A DNA stretch of 64,000 nucleotides, taken from positions 448,001 through 512,000 of the forward strand of contig CAWAMW010000007.1 in assembly GCA_963783305.1 (NCBI GenBank), given 5' to 3'. The DNA comes from an uncultured Gemmatimonadales bacterium (lineage in GTDB: Bacteria > Gemmatimonadota > Gemmatimonadetes > Longimicrobiales > RSA9). The position numbers and the translations under genes were made by a program. The notes under the pieces are model-generated. The model did no database searches and had not been told where the DNA came from. It was given only the letters and a program-made list of their open reading frames with translations. Positions 10,137 through 19,480 of the stretch are shown here, piece by piece (the stretch's first letter is position 1; each line of letters opens with the position of its first letter).

Positions 10137-10921
10137 GCGAGCAGGCGCGCGGCGTTCGCCGCTTCGTGGAGCGAACGGCTCCGGTCCGAGCCGCACAGCC
10201 GGACGGCCACGTGATCGCGGCCGGGAAGGGCGGCATTGGCACGTCCACCGTGGCGCTGCTCCTGGCGTTCGCCGCCCGGACCCACGGCCCCGTCGTCCTG
10301 GTGGATGCGCAGGGCGGGTTCGGCGGTCTGCACCAGCTGCTGGGCCTCGCGCCCTGGCACGACGAGGAGGATCGCGTCCGTGAGACGCCCCTCGGCCCGG
10401 ATCTCACGCTCATCCATGCCCCCGCCCACGCGAAGGCGGAGAGCCCGGGGCTCCGCGCCGCCATGCGGCGCGCGGTGCGGGCCCGGACGGATGCCATCGT
10501 GCTCGTCGATGCCGGGTCTCGACCGCAGACCGTCCTCCACGCCATGCACGACTTCGGCGCGAGCCTGGTCTCCGTCGTGGGAGCCGATGGCATTTCGCCC
10601 GCCGCCGCGTACGGACTGGCCAAGCTGATCTGGAGGACTCGCCCGGAGGCCAGCGTGGCCGCCCTCGCCAATCGCGTCACCGACGACGAGGCGGGCGTGG
10701 CGCAGGACGCGCTCCGCTCCGCCGCCCGCCGCTTCGCGGGGCGCGGGATCGTCTGGCTCGGTCAGCTCCCGGAAGCCCCGGCGCTGCTCGACGCCGACGG
10801 GCCGCCCTGGGCCACCATCGACAGCACGGAGCCCGCCCTCATGGCGGGCGCCGATTCAGTGGCGACCCGGCTCCTGGGACCCACACCGCATCGCAACTCG
10901 ACTCTTCACCGGTTCGGATGA
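10133..10921 (+). CDS. flhG: FlhG/FleN-like MinD-family protein with degenerate P-loop
   Basis: AGKGGIGTST, VVLVDA, LVDAG motifs; canonical position between flhF and fliA. Confidence 0.75.
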   Translation: MSEQARGVRRFVERTAPVRAAQPDGHVIAAGKGGIGTSTVALLLAFAARTHGPVVLVDAQGGFGGLHQLLGLAPWHDEEDRVRETPLGPDLTLIHAPAHAKAESPGLRAAMRRAVRARTDAIVLVDAGSRPQTVLHAMHDFGASLVSVVGADGISPAAAYGLAKLIWRTRPEASVAALANRVTDDEAGVAQDALRSAARRFAGRGIVWLGQLPEAPALLDADGPPWATIDSTEPALMAGADSVATRLLGPTPHRNSTLHRFG

Positions 10922-11682
10922 TCATGACGGAAACGACTCTGTGGGAGGCCTATCAGACACGCGGTGACACGGATGCCCGTGATCGCCTGCTCCAGGACAA
11001 CCTCCCCCTCGTGCGCTATCTCGCGCGGAAGCTGTGGCAGCGGATCCGCGGAAAGCTCGACATCGACGACCTGGTGAGCGCCGGGACTATCGGGCTCATC
11101 CAGGCCATCGACCACTTCGATCCCGACCGGGGACTGGCGTTCAGCACGTTCGCCACACCCCGCATCCGCGGCGCCATGCTCGACCACCTGCGGCTCTGGG
11201 ACTTCGTACCGCGGTCGGTCCGGAAGAAGCAGCGATCGCTGCACGAGGCGCGCGAGACGCTCACGACCCGTCTGGGGCGCGAGCCCACTCGGGTCGAGGT
11301 GGCCGCCGAACTCGGCGTGGAGCTGGAAACCGCCTGCCGCTGGGAGTCCGATGCGGCCGATGCCGTCCAGGTCGCCCTGGACGCGCCATTGCCAGGGGAA
11401 GGGAAGCGGCTCACCACCATGGAGGTCCTCCCGGGCGAGACCGGCGAGGAGGCCGACCACGCGATCGCGCACCGCGAGGAGGTCGAGCTCCTGACGGAGG
11501 CCATGGCCCGCCTCCCGGAGCGGGACCGCGACGTGCTCGCCCTCTACTACTACGAGGGCCTCAAGATGCACCAGATCGCCGAGATCCTCGGCGTTACCGA
11601 ATCCCGGATCTCACAGATCCGGTCCAAGATCCTGAAAACGCTGCGGGCCGATCTGGCCCACCTGAGGGAGGTCGCCGTATGA
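10918..11682 (+). CDS. fliA: RNA polymerase sigma-28 factor FliA
   Basis: DDLVSAGTIGL, FSTFATPRIRGAMLDHLR, LGVTESRISQI. Confidence 0.95.
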   Translation: MIMTETTLWEAYQTRGDTDARDRLLQDNLPLVRYLARKLWQRIRGKLDIDDLVSAGTIGLIQAIDHFDPDRGLAFSTFATPRIRGAMLDHLRLWDFVPRSVRKKQRSLHEARETLTTRLGREPTRVEVAAELGVELETACRWESDAADAVQVALDAPLPGEGKRLTTMEVLPGETGEEADHAIAHREEVELLTEAMARLPERDRDVLALYYYEGLKMHQIAEILGVTESRISQIRSKILKTLRADLAHLREVAV

Positions 11683-12195
11683 ACAGGAGAACGGGCGCCA
11701 TCGCCGCCATCGCCGCGGGACTGACGCTCCTCGCGAGCCGTGTCCCCGCTCCGGACCCAGCCCGGTTCCAGCAGGCGCTCCGGGCCATGAACGCCGATGG
11801 GCAGCTCGGCCTGCGGGCGCTGGTCTTCGAGGCCGGCAGCGCCTGGCAGCGCGCCGGGATCGCCATCGACCTCCGCGTCGTCGCCGTCGCCGTCGCCGCG
11901 CTGGGCCTCGGCGGCTTCAGCCATTCTCGCGCTGCACCTCTGGCGCTCGCGACCAGGGCCTCTCGTCGCCCGGACGGCCCCGGCCTCGCTGCCCCGTGAC
12001 CGCAGGGTCGCGCAGGCACGTGCCCTCGCAGACAAGGGTCGCCTGAACATCGACGTCGCGCGCCGGACCACGCTCTCCCGCGACGCCGTGGACCTCCTGA
12101 CCATGCTGCCGCGGCCGGACGCAGCCGTCACACGGCGCAGGACGTTCCGGAGCAGGACGTTCCGGAGCACGCGCTCCCGGAGCATGGTGGCGTGA
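11679..12195 (+). CDS. Membrane protein with DUF2802-like C-terminal helical motif; apparent +1 frameshift near 11905
   Basis: Removing one G from ctgggcc joins VVAVAVAAL to ASAASAILALHLW (continuous TM) and then ARALADKGRLNIDVARRTTLSRDAVDLL; fills the fliA-flgF gap with 4-bp overlaps. Confidence 0.55.
12137..12181. repeat. 15-bp tandem repeat (2 exact copies plus 1 degenerate)
   Basis: gcaggacgttccgga x2 followed by gcacgcgctcccgga. Confidence 0.85.
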
Positions 12196-12200
12196 GCGGG

Positions 12201-12884
12201 ATGAGCATCGATCCGCTGCGAACCGCCGCCCGGGCCCTCGCCTACTGGGAACGACGCCAGGAGGTCACTTCGCACAACGTGGCCAACACCGAGACGCCGG
12301 GCTACAAACGGCAGCGGGTCTTCGCCGAACTGCTCGACGGCGCGCCGGCCCCCGTGGTGCGCGACGACATGACCGCTGGCGCTATCCGCACCACGGGCCG
12401 GCCGCTGGACGTGGCGCTGGAAGGGGACGGGTTCCTGGTGGTGGACACGCCCACGGGCGAGATGCTCAGGCGCGGCGGTTCTCTCTCCCTGGACGCGGCG
12501 GGCGTCCTGATCGATGGGGGCGGACGCCCCGTCCTGGGGGAGGATGGCGTGATCGTCCTTCCGCCCGGGTCGGTGGAGATCGACGGCGACGGCACGGTGC
12601 GGGTGGACGGGGCCGAACTGGCGCGGCTGCGGATGGAGAGCGCGGAGCCGGGTTCGCTCCGGAGGGTGGAGGCGGGCCTCTGGATCGGCGCGCCCGGAGA
12701 ACCGCTTCCCGCCGGGGCGGTGGGCGTGCGCCAGGGGGCCCTCGAGGACAGCAACGTCCAGGCCCTGGAGGGGCTCGTGGAGATGCTGGACGTGCAGCGC
12801 AATTACGCCGCGATCCAGAAGAGCGTGGTCACGCTGGACGGAGTGCTGGAGACTGTGGCGAACCGCATCGGCCGGGTCGGCTGA
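12201..12884 (+). CDS. flgF: Flagellar basal-body rod protein FlgF
   Basis: SHNVANTETPGYK, TTGRPLDVALEGDGF, QGALEDSNV; precedes flgG. Confidence 0.9.
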   Translation: MSIDPLRTAARALAYWERRQEVTSHNVANTETPGYKRQRVFAELLDGAPAPVVRDDMTAGAIRTTGRPLDVALEGDGFLVVDTPTGEMLRRGGSLSLDAAGVLIDGGGRPVLGEDGVIVLPPGSVEIDGDGTVRVDGAELARLRMESAEPGSLRRVEAGLWIGAPGEPLPAGAVGVRQGALEDSNVQALEGLVEMLDVQRNYAAIQKSVVTLDGVLETVANRIGRVG

Positions 12885-12919
12885 GCGGAATCGAGAACCG
12901 AGCAGGCAGGGAGGCAATC

Positions 12920-13705
12920 ATGGATCCATCGATGCGGACGGCCGCAACGGGAATGGCAGCGCAGCAGCGCCGGGTGGAGGTCATCTCCAACAACCTGGCG
13001 AACGTCAACACGACGGGCTTCAAGCGGAGCCGGGCGCACTTCGAGGACCTTCTGTATCAAACGGTGCAGGGACCCGGGGTCGGCGGCGCAGACCAGGGTA
13101 CTACGGACCCGGTCCAGATCGGACGCGGAACCCGCCTGGCGGCCGTCCAGCGGATCCAGGCGCAGGGGGCCATGGAGAACACCGGGCGTCCCCTCGACCT
13201 CGCCATTAACGGCGACGGCCTGTTCCAGGTCCGCATGCCCAATGGCGAGATGGCCTACACCCGGGACGGCAGCTTCACCATCTCGGCCAATGGCTCCCTC
13301 GTGACCCACGGCGGCTATGAGCTCGCTCCCGGTATCGTCATCCCGGAGGACGCGACGGGCGTCACCGTCTCGCGTACGGGCGTGGTGACCGTTCAGATGC
13401 GCTCCGCGGCCGACGTGGTGGAGCTCGGCCGCATCGAGCTCGCGCGGTTCGCCAACGTCACCGGCCTCGAGGCGATCGGCGAGAACCTGCTCGTGGAAAC
13501 GCCCGCCTCCGGAACACCCTTCCTCGGCTACCCGCAGGACCAGGGACTGGGCGGTGTGATCCAGGGGCACCTGGAGGCCAGCAACGTCGAGATCGTCACG
13601 GAGATGGTCGACATGATCGCCGCGCTCCGGGCGTACGAGATCAATTCGCAGGCCGTCAAGTCGAGCGAGGAGATGGCGCGGACGGCCACGCAGATGATCC
13701 GATGA
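12920..13705 (+). CDS. flgG: Flagellar distal rod protein FlgG
   Basis: ISNNLANVNTTGFKRSRAHFEDLLYQ, LEASNVEIVTEMVDMI. Confidence 0.96.
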   Translation: MDPSMRTAATGMAAQQRRVEVISNNLANVNTTGFKRSRAHFEDLLYQTVQGPGVGGADQGTTDPVQIGRGTRLAAVQRIQAQGAMENTGRPLDLAINGDGLFQVRMPNGEMAYTRDGSFTISANGSLVTHGGYELAPGIVIPEDATGVTVSRTGVVTVQMRSAADVVELGRIELARFANVTGLEAIGENLLVETPASGTPFLGYPQDQGLGGVIQGHLEASNVEIVTEMVDMIAALRAYEINSQAVKSSEEMARTATQMIR

Positions 13706-14412
13706 GCCTGCCTCCCACCCGGTCTCCGGTCGGGATCCTGGTTCTGGGCCTTGCCGCGCTCTCGTGCTTCACGGCCACGCCCACGCCGGCGAGGGCGCAG
13801 GACGCGGGCACCGCGCCGGAGGCCTCCGGTGTGCCGGAGGCTGTCACCCGCGCGGTCACCAACGCGGTCGCCGCCCGCTGGGGAGTGCCGACCGAGGCCG
13901 TTCGGATCACGTGGCCGGCTGGACCGGCCATGGATTCCGGCGCCATTCGGCTGCTCGGGTCGGGCGCGGCCGGGGTCTTCGTGGTGGAAGCGCGCGGGGA
14001 CTCACGCGTGATCCGTCGGCGAGTGACGGCGGGTGTGCGCTCCTCGATAGCGGTCGCCGCCCGGGACCTTCAGCGAGGGGCAGTACTGGCCGACACTGAC
14101 ATCGCACACCGCGATACGGTCCTCGTGGGGTCGAAGCCGGACGGGCCGGTGGCCGGTTGGGTCGCCCGTCGCGCGATCCCCATGGGAGCGGCCCTCGCCA
14201 GTCCGGCCGTGGGGCCGGCGTCGGCCGTCGTGGCAGGTCGCCCGGTGACACTCGTGTGGCGCAGCGGTGAGCTCGAAGTGAGCACGCGGGCCGTGGCCGT
14301 GGGTACGGCGGCGGCCGGCGAGCGTGTGGCGGTGCGGACGGAGTCGGGACGGCGGATCTGGGGGATCGCCGAAGCGGGGGACGTGGTGACAATCGTGGGA
14401 GCGGAGCGATGA
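13702..14412 (+). CDS. flgA: P-ring formation chaperone FlgA
   Basis: Signal peptide, SAF-like VAARDLQRGAVL, C-terminal GERVAVRTESGRRI; lies between flgG and flgH. Confidence 0.85.
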   Translation: MSLPPTRSPVGILVLGLAALSCFTATPTPARAQDAGTAPEASGVPEAVTRAVTNAVAARWGVPTEAVRITWPAGPAMDSGAIRLLGSGAAGVFVVEARGDSRVIRRRVTAGVRSSIAVAARDLQRGAVLADTDIAHRDTVLVGSKPDGPVAGWVARRAIPMGAALASPAVGPASAVVAGRPVTLVWRSGELEVSTRAVAVGTAAAGERVAVRTESGRRIWGIAEAGDVVTIVGAER

Positions 14413-15008
14413 GGATTGCGATGATGAACGGTGTGAGCCGTATGTGCGTGACCATACTGGTGATCGGAGGGATCGCGTCCAGCCGGGCGGCGCCGGTCAT
14501 GGCGCAGACGCCAGCCTCCTGGACCGCCGATGCGCAGGTCTTCAGGGTCGGCGACGCCATTTCCGTTCTGCTGGACGAGTACACCCTGGCGTCGGCGAAC
14601 CGGGACGTGTCCGCGGAACAGCAGCGGAGCCGCTCGTTCGGCGTGGCCGGGTCGGCGAACGGGACGGAGCTCGGCCGCGCCTCGGTGGACACGGAGAACG
14701 CCGGCAGCTCCCGGGACCGTGGGCGCTCCACCCGCCACGACCGACTCACCGCGGAGATGACCGTCCGGGTCGAGGAGATCGCTCCGGACGGGATGCTGAA
14801 GGTGAGTGGCACGAAGCACCTCACCATCGACGAGCACGAGCAGGAGCTGACACTCACGGGCTGGGTACGGCCCGCCGACGTGCCGGCCCACAACGTCATG
14901 GAGTCCTGGCGCATTGCCGACGCCACCATCGAGTACACGTCTTCGGGCCGCCTGGGCAAGCCCCGCCAGGGCCTCATCTCTCGCGTCCTCGGATGGATCT
15001 GGCCATGA
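14409..15008 (+). CDS. flgH: Flagellar L-ring protein FlgH
   Basis: VGDAISVLLDE, LTGWVRPADV, SWRIADATIEY. Confidence 0.9.
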   Translation: MRIAMMNGVSRMCVTILVIGGIASSRAAPVMAQTPASWTADAQVFRVGDAISVLLDEYTLASANRDVSAEQQRSRSFGVAGSANGTELGRASVDTENAGSSRDRGRSTRHDRLTAEMTVRVEEIAPDGMLKVSGTKHLTIDEHEQELTLTGWVRPADVPAHNVMESWRIADATIEYTSSGRLGKPRQGLISRVLGWIWP

Positions 15009-16033
15009 GGATCCCAGCCATGATTGCGCTGATCGCGGCGCTCCTCTCGGCCGCCGCGCCGACCGCAGGCCAGTCCGTACGCGTCCGCGACCTCGTGCAC
15101 GTCGAGCGCGATGTGCCGGTCCGGTTGATGGGCTACGGCCTCGTAGTGGGACTCGACGGCACCGGCGATCGGGCCGCTGGACGCGCGGGCTCCCCGCAGA
15201 CCGTCGCCTCCGTGACCAACCTGCTGCGGCGCTTCGGCATCCAGGTCCCCGCGGAGATGCTGCGCACCCGCAACGTCGCCGCGGTCCTCGTGACCGCCGA
15301 GCTCTCGCCGTACCTGCGCGCCGGGGGTCGTTTCGACGTGAGCGTGGCCTCCATGGGCGATGCGGTCTCGCTGCGAGGCGGACAGCTCTGGTCCACCCCG
15401 CTCATGCCGGGACCGGGATCCGAGCCCACGGCCACCGCCCAGGGAGCGGTGGTCCTCAGCGAGGGGGCCGCCGTCCGCGCGCAGTACCGGGTCGAGACCG
15501 CGGCCGCCATACCCGCGGGGGGGCTCCTTCAGACGGAGACCGTCGCACCGGCCTTCGACGGGCCCACTCGGCTCCTGCTCCGCTCGCCCGACCTGGGCAC
15601 CGCCATCCGCATGGCCACCGCCATCAATGCGGAGCTCGGCGACGGCGTGGCCACCGTCGAGGATCCCGGCTCCATCCAGCTCGCGCCGCCATCGGACGCT
15701 TCCGTGGCGCTGTTCCTGGGCCAGATATCCGATATCCGGGTGGAGCCCGACCGGGCCGCCCGCATCATCATCGACTCCCGGGACGGCACCGTTGTCGCCG
15801 GGGGTGGCCTCACGCTCGGCGCGGCGGTGGTCAGTCACGGACCGCTCACACTGGCCATCGGATCCACCGTCACCGACGAGGTGCCGGGCAGCGTCCGCGT
15901 CCCCGCCGGGACCTCCGTGCAGGATGTGGCCGTGGCGCTCCACGCCGTCGCCGCCACGCCGTCGGCCATCGCGGCCATCTTCCGCTCGCTGAAAGACGTG
16001 GGATCCCTGTCCGCGGAGGTCGTGGTACGATGA
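15005..16033 (+). CDS. flgI: Flagellar P-ring protein FlgI
   Basis: LMGYGLVVGLDGTGD, NVAAVLVTA, SMGDAVSLRGG; true start ATG 15005. Confidence 0.95.
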   Translation: MRIPAMIALIAALLSAAAPTAGQSVRVRDLVHVERDVPVRLMGYGLVVGLDGTGDRAAGRAGSPQTVASVTNLLRRFGIQVPAEMLRTRNVAAVLVTAELSPYLRAGGRFDVSVASMGDAVSLRGGQLWSTPLMPGPGSEPTATAQGAVVLSEGAAVRAQYRVETAAAIPAGGLLQTETVAPAFDGPTRLLLRSPDLGTAIRMATAINAELGDGVATVEDPGSIQLAPPSDASVALFLGQISDIRVEPDRAARIIIDSRDGTVVAGGGLTLGAAVVSHGPLTLAIGSTVTDEVPGSVRVPAGTSVQDVAVALHAVAATPSAIAAIFRSLKDVGSLSAEVVVR

Positions 16034-16326
16034 CCCCCGTCATCCCGAACGCCGGACCCGCCGCCTCCCCCATTTCCGGTGAGTCCGGCCCCGCACCGGA
16101 CCGGCTGCGTCAGGCCACACGGAAGTTCGAAGCCGTCTTCATCCAGGAGATGCTCAAGGCCATGCGCGACACCGTCCCCGAAGGCGGCCTGCTCGACGCC
16201 GGCCGCTCCGAGGAGGTCTTCACGAGTCTCCTCGACCAGCACATCGCCGAGGTGGCCGCGACCCGCTCCAGCGGAAGTCTTGCGGACGCTCTCTACCGCC
16301 AGTTCGTCGGCCACGTGACCCCATGA
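16030..16326 (+). CDS. flgJ: FlgJ, rod-binding domain only
   Basis: LRQATRKFEAVFIQEMLKAMRDTVP...LADALYRQF; 98 aa, no muramidase domain. Confidence 0.88.
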   Translation: MTPVIPNAGPAASPISGESGPAPDRLRQATRKFEAVFIQEMLKAMRDTVPEGGLLDAGRSEEVFTSLLDQHIAEVAATRSSGSLADALYRQFVGHVTP

Positions 16327-16838
16327 GAGCGGCCGACTACCTCGACCCCGCGACGCGCAGCCGGACTATTGGCTCCCTCGCGGAGTCCCTGGGTGCCGAG
16401 TCCCGCCTCCTGCACCAGCTCGTTCAGGTCCTCCGCGATCAGCGGGAGGGCGTGGCCCGGGACGACGTGGAGCAGGTCGATGACTCCGTCCAGGCCGCCC
16501 ACCGGGTGATGCAGACCCTCGCGGAGGCCCGACGACGCCGCAACGCGCTCGTTCACCTCCTCACCGATCGCCGCGACATCCAGGTCAACGCCCTCACGGA
16601 GGCGCTCGGTGAGCACATGACCCCGGATCTCGATACGCGCCGCACGGAGCTCCAGACGGTCGCGGCGACCGTGTCCCGCGAGGTCACCCTGAACCGGTCG
16701 GTCCTCACGCGCGCCATCACCACGGGCAACGACTACGTCCGCAGGCTCCTCGTCTCCTCCTCCTCCGCCGCGTATGGCGAGCGGGGGCAGTGGCAGGGAA
16801 GCCCGCGCGAATCGAACCTCATCAACCAGAAGGTCTGA
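16323..16838 (+). CDS. flgN: Flagellar export chaperone FlgN-like
   Basis: Helical 171-aa protein directly upstream of flgK, LNRSVL motif. Confidence 0.75.
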   Translation: MRAADYLDPATRSRTIGSLAESLGAESRLLHQLVQVLRDQREGVARDDVEQVDDSVQAAHRVMQTLAEARRRRNALVHLLTDRRDIQVNALTEALGEHMTPDLDTRRTELQTVAATVSREVTLNRSVLTRAITTGNDYVRRLLVSSSSAAYGERGQWQGSPRESNLINQKV

Positions 16839-16839
16839 C

Positions 16840-18294
16840 ATGTCGAGCATCGGCGGCATCCTCTCCACCGCGGCCACAGCGCTGCGGACCCATCAGAAGG
16901 CGCTGGCCGTCACCGCGCACAACATCAGCAACGCGCAGACGCCCGGCTACACACGGCAGCGCGCCGTCCTCCAGGCCACGGACCCCCTCGCCACCCCCGA
17001 CGGGATCATCGGGACCGGCGTCCGCCTCGCCGGCGTGGAACGCCTGCGCGAGCCCCTCCTCGACGATATCTATCGGCGCGAGTCCTCCGCCATGTCCGAG
17101 TTCTCTGAGCGCGCCACCCAGCTCGATGGCATCCAGAAGACCTTCGGCGAGCCGTCCGATACCGGCCTCCTCGCCACCCTCGATGCCTTCTGGAACGCCT
17201 GGAGCGACCTGGCCATGGATCCACAGAGCGCTGCCGCCCGCTCCGTGCTCCGCGAGCGCGCCGTTCAGCTGGGCGACCGCTTCAAGCAGGTGATCGATGG
17301 GCTCGATGAGCAGCGCGCGGGCGGCGAGCAGCGCCTCGGACAGCTGCTCGATCGGACCAACGAGCTGGGCGGCCACGTCGCCGACCTGAACGGCCGCATC
17401 ACCGCTGCGGAGTCGGCGGGCACCGTGGCCAGCGACCTGCGCGACGCGCGCGACATCGCTCTCGACGAGCTCGGCACCCTGGTCGAGACCCAGGTCGTCC
17501 ACCGGTCGGACGGGACCGTGGGCGTCTTCATCGAAGGACAGGCGCTCGTGGATGGCACCACCCACAGGATGCTGGGCGCCGTGGAGGCCGGCGCGGGGTT
17601 CGCCGGCGTGGCGTTCCCCGGCGCTTCCGCTCCCATCCGCAGCGCAGGCGGACGCGTGGGCGCCCTGGTGGGCATCCTGCGGAAGGAGACCGCCGAGCAA
17701 CCCGCGGGCGAGCTCGCCGCCACCCGCGAGGCCATCATCGCCCTCGCCGAAGAGCTGGTGGCGGAGGTCAACCGCATCCACTCCACGGGGACACCACCGG
17801 CCGGGCCCGACCCGGCCGGTGACTTCTTCAAGTCCGCTCTGGAAGGCGGACGCCCCGTCCTAACCGACGAGATCGCCGGTAACCTCGACTACATCGCCGC
17901 CGGCTCCGGCTCCGGCGGCCCTGTCGGTACGCGTGAGTACCTCGCCGGCACCACCGACGTGGCCCGGGCCATCGAGAAGCTGCGCACCCGCTCCATCGAT
18001 CCCCTCGAGCCGCTGCCGGTCTCCGGCGAGACGTCGAGTCCGCTGCCCTCGTACGGCGAGCGCTACAGCGCGCTCGTGGTCGGCATCGGCTCCAAGGTGG
18101 CCGGTGCACGCAGCTCCGCCCAGGTCCACGATACCCTCGCCCGCAGCGCCGACATCCGCCGCGACGAGGTCAGTGGCGTGTCCATCGATGAGGAGCTCAC
18201 CGCCATGATCCAGCAGCAGGCGGCCTACGGCGCCGCGGCCCGCGTGATCACACGCGTGGACGAGATGCTCCAGACCCTCCTGGGAATCGTATAG
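16840..18294 (+). CDS. flgK: Hook-associated protein FlgK
   Basis: AHNISNAQTPGYTRQ, SGVSIDEELTAMIQQQAAYGAAARVI. Confidence 0.95.
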   Translation: MSSIGGILSTAATALRTHQKALAVTAHNISNAQTPGYTRQRAVLQATDPLATPDGIIGTGVRLAGVERLREPLLDDIYRRESSAMSEFSERATQLDGIQKTFGEPSDTGLLATLDAFWNAWSDLAMDPQSAAARSVLRERAVQLGDRFKQVIDGLDEQRAGGEQRLGQLLDRTNELGGHVADLNGRITAAESAGTVASDLRDARDIALDELGTLVETQVVHRSDGTVGVFIEGQALVDGTTHRMLGAVEAGAGFAGVAFPGASAPIRSAGGRVGALVGILRKETAEQPAGELAATREAIIALAEELVAEVNRIHSTGTPPAGPDPAGDFFKSALEGGRPVLTDEIAGNLDYIAAGSGSGGPVGTREYLAGTTDVARAIEKLRTRSIDPLEPLPVSGETSSPLPSYGERYSALVVGIGSKVAGARSSAQVHDTLARSADIRRDEVSGVSIDEELTAMIQQQAAYGAAARVITRVDEMLQTLLGIV

Positions 18295-18530
18295 TGCTCA
18301 TCCTCGGCCGCCGCCCCGGCGACGCCATTCTCATTGATGGCGGCATCAGGATCGTCGTCCTCTCCAACGAGGGCGGGACCGTGCGTCTGGGCATCGAGGC
18401 CCCGGACTCCGTGGGCATCGTGCGCGAGGAGATCGTCACGGAGATCACCCACGAGAACCGCCGGGCCAACGCCTCCGATCGCGCCCGCGCCTGGGCCGCT
18501 CGCCTCCCGCTCCGACCCGCCTCCGACTGA
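18294..18530 (+). CDS. csrA: Carbon storage regulator CsrA
   Basis: MLILGRRPGDAILID...VRLGIEAPDSVGIVREEI. Confidence 0.93.
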   Translation: MLILGRRPGDAILIDGGIRIVVLSNEGGTVRLGIEAPDSVGIVREEIVTEITHENRRANASDRARAWAARLPLRPASD

Positions 18531-18542
18531 GCCACATCTCCC

Positions 18543-18569
18543 TTCAGTTCTGACCCCCACCGCCGATAC
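18543..18569 (+). promoter_or_regulatory. Putative sigma28 promoter of motAB
   Basis: TTCA-N15-GCCGATAC; strong -10 match, imperfect -35. Confidence 0.6.
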
Positions 18570-18615
18570 TCACCAGTCGAGCAGGGGAAAAGTACGCGAT
18601 CAACCGGGGCGGATC

Positions 18616-19470
18616 TTGTTCACGATCATCGGCTTCGCTGTCGTTTTCGGCAGCATCATCGTCGGGTACACCATGCATGGGGGCGATATGCGGATCCTCA
18701 TGCAGGTCTCGGAGTTCATCATCATCGGCGGGGCCGGACTGGGCGCGCTCATCGCGAGCAACAGGCCGTCCGACGTCCTCCGGGTCTTCAAGGAGACCGC
18801 CGGTCTGGTGAAGCCCAACCCGTTCACCCGGAAAGCGTACGAAGAGCTCCTCCAGGTGCTCTATGACCTCTTCTACGCCGCCAAGCGGGACGGCCTCATG
18901 GGGATCGAGCAGCATGTCGAGGACCCGGCCGGGAGCGAGCTGTTCAACAAGTATCCCACCGTCCAGAAGCAGCACCACGCCGTCGCCTTCCTCGCCGACA
19001 CCATGAAGGTGCTGCTCACGGGCGCGGTGGCGGACCACCACCTGGCGGAGATCCTCGACCTGGACATGGAAACGCAGCACGAGGCGGCCATGAAGCCGTC
19101 CACTGCGCTGGCCACGGTGGGCGACGCCATGCCCGGCTTCGGGATCGTGGCGGCCGTCCTCGGCGTGATCATCACCATGGGCCACATCGGCGGCGCTGCC
19201 GCCGAGATCGGACACTCCATCGCTGCCGCCCTGGTCGGGACCTTCCTCGGGATCCTCCTGGCCTACGGCGTCTTCGGCCCGCTCAGCGAGGCGCTCGCCG
19301 TTCGGGTCGCCGCCGAGGAGTCGTACATGGGCGTGATCCGTACCGCGCTGCTGAGCTTCGCCCGGGGCGACCCCCCGATCACCAGCGTGGAGTTTGCCCG
19401 CCGCAACATCGAGCCGGAGGACCGGCCGTCGTTCGCGGAGCTGGAGGACATGACCCGCAGGAAGGGCTGA
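18616..19470 (+). CDS. motA: Flagellar stator MotA
   Basis: TTG start; EFIIIGGAGLG, PGFGIVAAVLG, AALVGTFLGILLAYG. Confidence 0.95.
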   Translation: MFTIIGFAVVFGSIIVGYTMHGGDMRILMQVSEFIIIGGAGLGALIASNRPSDVLRVFKETAGLVKPNPFTRKAYEELLQVLYDLFYAAKRDGLMGIEQHVEDPAGSELFNKYPTVQKQHHAVAFLADTMKVLLTGAVADHHLAEILDLDMETQHEAAMKPSTALATVGDAMPGFGIVAAVLGVIITMGHIGGAAAEIGHSIAAALVGTFLGILLAYGVFGPLSEALAVRVAAEESYMGVIRTALLSFARGDPPITSVEFARRNIEPEDRPSFAELEDMTRRKG

Positions 19471-19480
19471 GGAGGACGGG

